From Acidimicrobiia bacterium (lineage in GTDB: Bacteria; Actinomycetota; Acidimicrobiia; Spongiisociales; UBA11373): a DNA stretch of 20,000 bases. Numbering within the stretch: the first letter of the stretch is position 1; every line of letters starts with the position of its first letter. The stretch is from NCBI GenBank assembly GCA_040878325.1, contig JBBDMM010000016.1, forward strand, positions 184,354 through 204,353, read 5' to 3'. The position numbers and the translations under genes were made by a program. This document shows, piece by piece, positions 10,311 to 17,598 of the stretch. Below the pieces are notes generated by a model that saw only the letters and a program-made list of their open reading frames with translations, did not search any database and was not told the DNA's origin.

Positions 10311-11093
10311 ATGGCCTCAGGCCCCAATCCCCTTTCGGTTGGACTGTCGGTGGTTCGATCTCTGGTCTCCGTCCGGCGACCGGGACCGTTTGGAACCTCC
10401 ACGGCCGACCACTCGCTTCTCACCACACCGCTGAGACGTCTTAAGAGCACGGGGCCTGGATTCCTGTCGGACCTGGAGGTCGACCTTGGTCGCTACCTGG
10501 ACCACGCCACAGGTCTGAGCCCGGATTCGCTGAGCAGGGCGGAAGCCCTGGCGTATTGGATCAACGTCTACAACGCCGGGGCACTGCTGCTCGCCGGCCA
10601 GGCACAAAAGGCCGGCCTCGGATCGGTGATGGGCATACCCGGCGGGTTCAACCAGGAAGTGATCCGCGTGGACGGAGAGAGCCTCTCGTTGGACGATATC
10701 GAGCACGGCAAGCTGCGCCGGTTTCGTGACCCGGGGATTCATGCGGCACTCGTCTGCGGCGCGGTCTCCTGCCCTACTCTTCGCAGCGAGCCGTATCGGG
10801 GGGAAACGCTGGGTGACCAGCTCGACGACCAGCTACGCAATTTCCTCATGGCCGGGGCCCTCGAAATCGACGAAGACCGGAAGGTCGTCTACCTCTCTCG
10901 CCTATTTCTGTGGTTCGGCGGCGACTTCACCCGGCCAAATCGCATGCCGACCTTTCTCCCAGCACGACGGTCGAGGGTCCTCAGCGCATTACGACCCTGG
11001 ATGGATCCCGCCGTCGCCCGATGGATAAATGAGGCCGATCCCGCAGTGGAATTTCAGGGGTACGACTGGGGCCTTCGCTGCACCGTCCGCTGA
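10311..11093 (+). CDS. DUF547 domain protein
   Basis: Motifs LAYWINVYNA, SLDDIEH, IHAALVCGAVSCPTL, LSRLFLWFGGDF and YDW. Confidence 0.88.
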   Translation: MASGPNPLSVGLSVVRSLVSVRRPGPFGTSTADHSLLTTPLRRLKSTGPGFLSDLEVDLGRYLDHATGLSPDSLSRAEALAYWINVYNAGALLLAGQAQKAGLGSVMGIPGGFNQEVIRVDGESLSLDDIEHGKLRRFRDPGIHAALVCGAVSCPTLRSEPYRGETLGDQLDDQLRNFLMAGALEIDEDRKVVYLSRLFLWFGGDFTRPNRMPTFLPARRSRVLSALRPWMDPAVARWINEADPAVEFQGYDWGLRCTVR

Positions 11094-11142
11094 CCATGCG
11101 TTCCCGGTGCCGCTAGTCACCTACGACGACCCCCAGGAAAGA

Positions 11143-12366
11143 TCACGCCGCGAACGGCACGGTGAACTCGAACCCGGACATGGACCCGTCGGCCACTTGT
11201 CGTATCTCCCCACTGTGAGCCGCCACCAACTCGCGCGCGATGGGCAGCCCCAGACCAAGTCCGGGGGCGGACATGGTCGGGTCGTCGACAAGACGCGCGT
11301 AGGGCACGAACGCCCTTTCCAGGTCACTCGACTCGATGCCCCGTCCAGCGTCGAGCACGCTGCAGCGAACCAATGCGTCATGGTTTGATGCGGTTACCAC
11401 GATCGGCGGCTCACCGTACTTGAGCGCATTGTCGACCAGGTTTCGCAACACCTGACGGATGCGGGGCGGGTCCGCCAGGATCATCGTCCGCGGCGGCACC
11501 CGGTTGGAGACATCTCCGGCCCGAGCGCCGAATTCCAAGAGCACCGCTGCGGTCAGCTCATGGAGATCGACCCGGGCCGGGGTAACGGTCACTCCTCCTG
11601 CGCTCATCTGGCCGAAGGTGATCACATCCTCGATGAGCGCGTGTAGCTCGTCGGCCTGGTCCGCCATGATCGTGAGAAACTCCCGCCGCTCCGTAGGGCT
11701 CACATCGTCGTCGAGCAGGGTCTGGGTGAAGCCCTTGAGTGTCGTCAGAGGGGTGCGCAGCTCGTGGCTGACGGTGGCCACGAACCGGTCCTTGAGCGAG
11801 TTGAGCTCACGCTCCCGGCCGAGGTCCGCAGCCAGGGCGCGCTGACCCCTTCGCACCATGCCGGCAATGCCCACCATCAGAATCCCGATGCCGAGCAGCA
11901 ACGCGGCCTTGATGCCCTCTCCGGTGAGGAATTCCGAGGTCGGCACCGGGCCCGGGGGGTGAAAGAGCGGGAGCGACACCTCACCGGCGACGAAGTGGAG
12001 AGCCACCTCGACCGGTACGGTGAACAAGGCGGCGCCCACGATCACGCGAGTATCCCGGAGAACCATCACGAAGGGACCCACGGCGACCACGCCCAGGGCG
12101 ATGAACGCGGCACCCGACACGGGCCCATACAGCCACCAGACCGCGACCGACACAGAGAGGTCGATCAACAGCAGGCCCCGAACCGTCATCCCGCCCGGGA
12201 ACACCGCGCTGATGGACGCCAGGAGGAAGACGGCTGCCATTCCGGCCCGTCGCGGATCGGGGCCTATGACCAGCGCAGCGACCGTGCCGCCGAAGACGAG
12301 GCAGTACACCACCCGCCTCCATCGGCCAAGCGGACGCTCGAGTTCGGCAAGTGCCCCTCTGTCCAT
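11143..12366 (-). CDS. Membrane sensor histidine kinase (orphan in this window)
   Basis: N-terminal TM segments, H-box VSHELRTPLT, N-box NLVDNALKY, G1 DAGRGI and G2 GLGLGLPI. Confidence 0.92.
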   Translation of the reverse strand: MDRGALAELERPLGRWRRVVYCLVFGGTVAALVIGPDPRRAGMAAVFLLASISAVFPGGMTVRGLLLIDLSVSVAVWWLYGPVSGAAFIALGVVAVGPFVMVLRDTRVIVGAALFTVPVEVALHFVAGEVSLPLFHPPGPVPTSEFLTGEGIKAALLLGIGILMVGIAGMVRRGQRALAADLGRERELNSLKDRFVATVSHELRTPLTTLKGFTQTLLDDDVSPTERREFLTIMADQADELHALIEDVITFGQMSAGGVTVTPARVDLHELTAAVLLEFGARAGDVSNRVPPRTMILADPPRIRQVLRNLVDNALKYGEPPIVVTASNHDALVRCSVLDAGRGIESSDLERAFVPYARLVDDPTMSAPGLGLGLPIARELVAAHSGEIRQVADGSMSGFEFTVPFAA

Positions 12367-12422
12367 TCCCGGTACATCGGCGGCTGTCGCGCACTAATAA
12401 AGCGTGCTGTGGAACCCGCGGG

Positions 12423-12686
12423 TCACTGCCCTGCGAAGACCTCGATCTCGGCGGCGCCGGTGTTGCCTCCGGTCGAGGTGGTGACATCGAAGCGGATGAT
12501 CTGCCCGGTGAACGCGACGTCGCTGCGACCCACCGGGAACGGCCCATAGATGTCATCGCCGTCGACCGTGACGGTGAAGGCTTCGGTGGTCGCGGTGCCG
12601 TCGGACATCGAGCGGGTATGGAACCCGACGGCGACCACGTCGACCGCCCTACCGAGGTCGATCACCAGGTAGCCGTCGTCTCCGTC
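12423..12686 (-). pseudogene. C-terminal remnant of a discoidin/F5-8 type C-like domain
   Basis: DGDDGYLVIDLGRAVDVVAVGF...IIRFDVTTSTGGNTGAAEIEVF resembles the C-terminal part of a discoidin domain. There is no credible N-terminal half or start before the divergent redoxin gene. Confidence 0.55.
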
Positions 12687-12757
12687 GCGAAGCGGGCGAC
12701 TCCCGGCAGGATCCTCGAGACCTGACGGGAGGCGCGGTGTCGGGTAGGGTTGCCGCG

Positions 12758-13432
12758 ATGCAGGCGCCGACGTTCACTCTCGAGGACCAGGCGGGACGCC
12801 CCTTCTCGCTCGGCGACCATCTCGACGCCGCAGTGGTCCTCTTCTTCCTCCGCGGCGACTGGTGACCGTATTGCAACGGCCAGCTGGTCAGCTTGGCACA
12901 GGGACATCCCGACTTCACGAACGCGGGTGGGAGGATCGTCGGGATCAGCGTGGACTCGCCGGGGCAAAACGCCGCCATGGTCGAGACGCTGGGCCTGCCG
13001 TTTCCGCTTCTCAGCGACCCCGAGCGAACCGGGGCGATCGAGCCATACGGGGTGGCCGACCCGCGGGACGAGCGCAACATCGCCCTGCCCACAGTCGTCC
13101 TCGTCGGTCCAGACGGCGAGGAGAAGGCGCGATTCACATCGCGCGACTTTGCCGACCGGCCCTCCGAGGACGAGGTCCTCACAGCCTTGAGGTCGCTCGG
13201 CCTACCCCCCGTCGAGCAGGTGTCTCCCGAGCTCGGTGAGGCCCGGCCGGGACCGAATGCCATGCCGTTCCAGAATCTGCTGCCCTACTACCGGGGGGCG
13301 CGCTTCGCGGTGATAGCCATGGCCGGGCGCCACCCCGAGACTCGTGATGAGGCGGACGAATATGTTGCCCTGCTCGACCGCTACACAGAGGCCACGAAAC
13401 AGGCGTATCGCGCCAAACGGGATGCCGGCTGA
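12758..13432 (+). CDS. AhpC/TSA (redoxin/peroxiredoxin-like) protein, predicted selenoprotein with a UxxC motif
   Basis: MQAPTFTLEDQAGRPFSL...VVLFFLRGDW-TGA(12863-12865)-PYCNGQL is in frame with ORF 12893..13432 (IVGISVDS, FPLLSDP). The TGA replaces the first Cys of WCPxC. Confidence 0.88.
12879..12897 (+). promoter_or_regulatory. Candidate bacterial SECIS hairpin of the redoxin gene
   Basis: GCCAGCT-GGTC-AGCT(T)GGC: a 7-bp stem with a bulged U and a G-first apical loop starting 20 nt after the UGA. Folded by eye only. Confidence 0.6.
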
Positions 13433-13476
13433 GGCGCCCAGTAAGCCGGCGGCGGTGGCCGAGGTCTTGACCACCA

Positions 13477-13712
13477 GGCCACATCCCCGGGGCGAACTCG
13501 GTGCCCTGGACGCGTTGGAGGCTCGACTTGGCGCGCTCCCCAAGGATGCCGAGATCGTCGCCTAATGCCGGGGCCCCTACTGCGTGCTCGCCCCGCAGAC
13601 CTTCCAACTTCTCCGCCAGCACGGATATCAAGCCCGCCGGCTTCAAGACGGGCTCCCCGAATAGCGCCGGGCCGGACTACCCGTCGGCACCGGACCGGTG
13701 GAACGGAGCTGA
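13477..13712 (+). pseudogene. Decayed rhodanese domain (type found in ArsR-rhodanese fusions)
   Basis: GHIPGANSVP / frameshift / LDALEARLGALPKDAEIVA*CRGPYCVLA...ARRLQDGLPE*RRAGLPV. TAA at 13563 replaces Tyr, TAG at 13662 replaces Trp, and the 5' end is truncated. Confidence 0.8.
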
Positions 13713-13719
13713 GCGCTGA

Positions 13720-14121
13720 TCAGCGGGTGGCGGTGAGGATCCGGCAGACGCTCTCCGGCGGACAATCGGTCGGGTCGAACCGGGCGGCGGTCTCCGCGAC
13801 GGCGGCCAGGTCCTTACGTAGCCTTCGCAGGTCCCTGATCCTCTGGTCGATATCGCCGATGTGACGGTCGACCAGTTCGGCCACGTGCGAGCACGGGAGG
13901 TCACCCCGGTCCCGGATCCCGAGCACCTCCTTCAGCTCGGCCAGGGTGAACCCCACCGCCTGGCCGGCCCGAATGAACATGAGACGGTCGATCACAGCCG
14001 GGGCGTACTCCCGGTACCCCGATCGGGTCCGCTCCGGTTCGGGCAGCAGACCCGACTCCTCGTAGAAACGGATAGCCGAGGTGGCCACCCCGACCTTGCG
14101 TGCCACCTCACCTATCTGCAT
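13720..14121 (-). CDS. merR: MerR-family heavy-metal-responsive regulator
   Basis: MQIGEVA...AIRFYEESGLLPEPERTRSGYREY HTH and three Cys (LPCSHV, TDC, SVC). Divergent from merA. Confidence 0.85.
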   Translation of the reverse strand: MQIGEVARKVGVATSAIRFYEESGLLPEPERTRSGYREYAPAVIDRLMFIRAGQAVGFTLAELKEVLGIRDRGDLPCSHVAELVDRHIGDIDQRIRDLRRLRKDLAAVAETAARFDPTDCPPESVCRILTATR

Positions 14122-14137
14122 GACGGCACCATACCAC

Positions 14138-14169
14138 TTGACATTCAACCGCACTTGAAGGTGTAGGTT
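14138..14169 (+). promoter_or_regulatory. MerR-type promoter/operator for merA
   Basis: -35 TTGACA (14138-43), an extended 20-bp spacer containing the dyad TTCAA-N6-TTGAA, and -10 TAGGTT (14164-69). Confidence 0.85.
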
Positions 14170-14176
14170 TACCGGA

Positions 14177-15850
14177 ATGAGGACCAAGCGCGAGAAGATA
14201 GATAACTCCGCAGAGCCGATCCGCCTCGCCATCGAGGGGATGACCTGCGACCACTGCGAGATCACGGTGGGCAAGGCGCTCAGCCGGGCCGGGCTGCAGG
14301 ACCCGCAGGTGGACTGGCAGACCGGGACCGCGGTGGGCCTCGCCACCCCTGCGTTCTCGGCCGATAGGGCCACTACGGAGCTGGCGAACGACGGCTACGG
14401 CCTCGTCGAAGACGACGAGCGGGGCTCCGAGCGACTCGCCGAGTCCCCGAGTGACGGAGACCACGACCTGCTCATCATCGGTTCCGGGTCGGCGGCATTC
14501 GCCGCCGCAATCAAGGCCTCCGAGCTGGGGGCCCGTGTCGCCATGGTGGAACGGGGCACAGTCGGTGGTACCTGCGTGAATGTCGGCTGCGTACCCTCCA
14601 AGGCGCTGCTCCGAGCCGCCGAGCACTATCACCGGGCCCGTCACTCTCCCTTCGCCGGGTTGCCCACCGCGGTCGGGAGCGTCGACCTGGCGGCCCTGGT
14701 CGCCCAGAAGGATGACCTGGTGAACACCATGCGCCGGGAGAAGTACGAGGATCTGATCGAGGTGTACGGCATCGAACTGATTTGGGGTGAGGCCCGGTTC
14801 ACCGGACCAGACACCGTGGAGGTCAACGGTCAGGTGGTGTCGGCCGGCCGCTACCTGATCGCCACCGGCGCCGCCCCGTGGGCGCCACCGATCGCAGGGC
14901 TCAACGAGGCCGGCTATCTCACCTCCACCACCGCGCTCGAGCTCACCGAGCTGCCCGCTGAAATGATCGTGGTGGGGGCCAACGCCATTGGCCTCGAGCT
15001 CGGTCAGCTGTTCGCCCATCTGGGCAGCCGGCTCACCCTGGTCGAGGTGCTGGATCGGATCGCACCCTTCGAGGAACCGGAGATCTCCGCCGCCCTCCAG
15101 GCGCACCTCGAGTCGATCGGTACCCGGGTCCTCACCTCGGCCACGATCACCAAGGCGGGCCGCAGTGGCGACCGTCGCTGGCTCGACATCACCATCGCCG
15201 GCATCACGGAGCGAATCGAGGCCGACCAGCTCGTCATCGCCACCGGCCGTCGCGCCGACACCGCCGGCCTCGGCCTGGAGGCCGCGAGAGTGGATACCGA
15301 CCCGCGGGGGCATGTCGTCGTCGACAGTGCGATGGCGACCACCAACCCCCGGGTCTTCGCCGCCGGCGACGTCACCAACCTCCCCCAGTTCGTCTACGTG
15401 GCCGCCCGCTCTGGTGGGGTCGCCGCCGAGCATGCCCTCAGAGGCACCGGCCGACGCATCGACCTCAATAGCATGCCCCGGGTGACGTTCACCAGCCCGC
15501 CCATCGCCTCCGTGGGATTCACCGAGGCTCAGGCCGTCGACGCGGGCCACCGGGTGATCACCTCGCTGCTGCCCCTCAGCGCGGTACCTCGCGCCCTGGT
15601 CGACCATGACACCACCGGACTGGTGAAGCTGGTTGCCGACGAGGCCACCGGCCGGATGCTTGGCGCCCACATCCTCGCCGAGGGTGCCGGCGACGTCATC
15701 CAGGCGGTGGTGATCGGCCTTCAACACCGGGTCACCATCGAAGAGATCGCCGGCACCTTCCACCCCTACCTGACGATGGCCGAGGCACTCAAGCTTGCCG
15801 CCCAAGGATTCTCCAAGGATGTCGCCCACCTGTCCTGCTGTGCCGCTTGA
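14177..15850 (+). CDS. merA: Mercuric reductase
   Basis: N-terminal HMA domain GMTCDHC, GSGSAAFAAA, GGTCVNVGCVPSK, QFVYVAA, FHPYLTMAEALKLAAQ, and the C-terminal vicinal Cys pair LSCCAA. Confidence 0.96.
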   Translation: MRTKREKIDNSAEPIRLAIEGMTCDHCEITVGKALSRAGLQDPQVDWQTGTAVGLATPAFSADRATTELANDGYGLVEDDERGSERLAESPSDGDHDLLIIGSGSAAFAAAIKASELGARVAMVERGTVGGTCVNVGCVPSKALLRAAEHYHRARHSPFAGLPTAVGSVDLAALVAQKDDLVNTMRREKYEDLIEVYGIELIWGEARFTGPDTVEVNGQVVSAGRYLIATGAAPWAPPIAGLNEAGYLTSTTALELTELPAEMIVVGANAIGLELGQLFAHLGSRLTLVEVLDRIAPFEEPEISAALQAHLESIGTRVLTSATITKAGRSGDRRWLDITIAGITERIEADQLVIATGRRADTAGLGLEAARVDTDPRGHVVVDSAMATTNPRVFAAGDVTNLPQFVYVAARSGGVAAEHALRGTGRRIDLNSMPRVTFTSPPIASVGFTEAQAVDAGHRVITSLLPLSAVPRALVDHDTTGLVKLVADEATGRMLGAHILAEGAGDVIQAVVIGLQHRVTIEEIAGTFHPYLTMAEALKLAAQGFSKDVAHLSCCAA

Positions 15851-15869
15851 CGATCGAAGGGAGCAACAA

Positions 15870-17288
15870 ATGGACGACAGGTACGACCTGGCCGTGATCG
15901 GAGCCGGGATGGGCGGCATCAATGCCGCCTTTCGAGCCGCAGGGCTGGGGGGCCGGGTGGCTCTCATCGAACGCCACAAAGTGGGTGGCACCTGAATCAA
16001 CGTGGGGTGTATCCCCACCAAGGCCCAGGTCGGGTCTGCAAAGGCGATTCAGATGGCGCAGCGGGGGGAGGAGTTCGGGTTTCGGATCGGGCGGCTGGAG
16101 GTCGATTGGCCCCGGATCAGGACCCGCAAGGATGAGATCGTCTCGCTCATCCGGAGCCGGCTGGAACGCCGGATCGATGAGCACCCCCGAATCGACCTGA
16201 TCCGCGGCTCCGCCCGCTTCGCAGGCCCCGGCCGCCTCTCCATCGACGGCCGCGAATTGGAGGCGGAGAAGGTGATCGTCGCTTCCGGCGTGGTACCGGT
16301 GGTACCCGACATCCCCGGGCTCGCAGAAGCGGGATTCGAAACCAATGAGACGGTCATGGACATGGACACGCTTCCCGGGTCGATGGTCGTCATCGGTGGC
16401 GGCCCCGAGGGGATGGAGTTTGCCCAGATGCTCCATCGCTTCGGCGTGAAGGTCACCGTGCTGCAGCGGCGGGGCCGAGTGCTCCCCCGAGAGGATGAAG
16501 AGATATCGACAGCGCTGGAGGCGATCCTCGGGGAGGAGGGCATCGACATCCGCACCCGGGCCGAGCCGACCAAGGTCGAGGCTGTCGGCGGGGGCAGGTT
16601 GGCAGTGACCGCCGATGTGGCCGGCACCACCGAGCGCTTCGAGTGCGACCGTATCTTGGTGACCGCCGGGCGTCGACCCCACCATGTCGGCGACATGGAC
16701 CTGGAGGCGGCAGGCGTCGAGGCGGATCCGGAGACGGGAATCGCCATCGACGACACACTGCAGACCACCGCCCCCAACGTCTGGGCCATGGGAGACGTCA
16801 TCGGCCGCCTGCAGTACACCCACTTCGCCGTGTACACCGCCGGGGTGGCGGTGGACAACGCCCTCAAGGGCGCCGGCCGGGCCTACGAGACGGACCGCAT
16901 CCCCGGGGCGGTGTTCACCGACCCGGAGGTGGCCAGCGTGGGACTCACCGAAGAGGAGGCCGTTACCGCGGGGCGGAGCATCAAGATCGGTCGCCAGCCA
17001 CTGCGGCGAGTGGGCCGGGCCATCGCCATGGGCGAGACTGCCGGATTCGTCAAGTTCGTCGTCGACGCCGACACTGACGAGCTGCTCGGCATGCACGTTC
17101 TCGCCCACCTCGGCGCCGATCTCCTGTCGCAGGGGATCCTGATGCTGCACACCGCGGAACGGAGCATCTCTCCGCTTACCAACTGCATATGCGTCCACCC
17201 CACCCTCTCCGAGGGAGTCAAGGCGGCGGTGACCAACCTGAAACCTGTCGAGGCGGTCGCCACCGCAGCCGGCGACCTGGCCGACTGA
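15870..17288 (+). CDS. MerA/RclA-like flavin disulfide oxidoreductase, predicted selenoprotein (UxxxxC active site), 472 aa
   Basis: AAGGGAG RBS and ATG 15870. MDDRYDLAVIGAGMGG...IERHKVGGT-TGA(15993-15995)-INVGCIPTK is in frame with ORF 16002..17288 (GGGPEG, TAGRRP, AMGD, LQYTHFA, VFTDPEVASVG, HPTLSE). Confidence 0.88.
16021..16037 (+). promoter_or_regulatory. Candidate SECIS hairpin of the Sec oxidoreductase
   Basis: AGGCCC-AGGTC-GGGTCT stem-loop with the loop 31 nt after the UGA. A second hairpin, GTGGGG-TGTAT-CCCCAC, lies at 16002-16018. Folded by eye only. Confidence 0.45.
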
Positions 17289-17326
17289 AGCGGATGAGTC
17301 CCCAGCGCATGTCCGACATCTAGTCA

Positions 17327-17461
17327 GTGCCCGTCGGCCACGGCCACCGCTACTCCCCCAGCGCCTACATCGACTTCGGGATCACTGATCCCCCGGGCCG
17401 GACCCAAGCCGACGCGACCAGGCTCAAGGCCCTCTTCGCCGCCGAAGAGACCGGCGACTGA
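17327..17461 (+). pseudogene. Probable C-terminal remnant of an alpha/beta-hydrolase-family membrane protein
   Basis: VPVGHGHRYSPSAYID...PPGRTQADATRLKALF resembles, from memory, the PxGHGHxY...PxGW...D..RL C-terminus of Abhydrolase_9 proteins. An in-frame TAG precedes it at 17321. Confidence 0.45.
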
Positions 17462-17598
17462 CTGCGGCGCGGCGGCCCGTTCTTGGCTTCCGGAAGGGCA
17501 GCCCGCCGAGCACGAGGACAACGAGAGACCGGTCCGACCGGCCCCGGAGGGCCACCCGAACCGGTGTTCCCATTGGCTCTCGGCGCCCCGCTGGGGCA

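Noticed and set aside
13563..13664. Recoding (pyrrolysine or readthrough) of TAA/TAG in the rhodanese fragment
   Set aside because: The stops replace Tyr and Trp and come with a frameshift and 5' truncation, which indicates ordinary decay.
14108..17198. Long antisense ORFs (637 aa and 469 aa), and similar shadow ORFs elsewhere
   Set aside because: These are mirror frames of high-GC genes with no recognisable motifs.
15795..17288. Treating 15795..15995 and 16002..17288 as two genes or a nonsense pseudogene
   Set aside because: Both are in the same frame, with a single TGA exactly at the catalytic Cys and no other lesion. Sec readthrough is the more economical reading.
15870..17288. Calling the second reductase merA
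   Set aside because: It lacks the C-terminal CC pair, the HPYLT and FVYVAA tyrosines, and the HMA domain.
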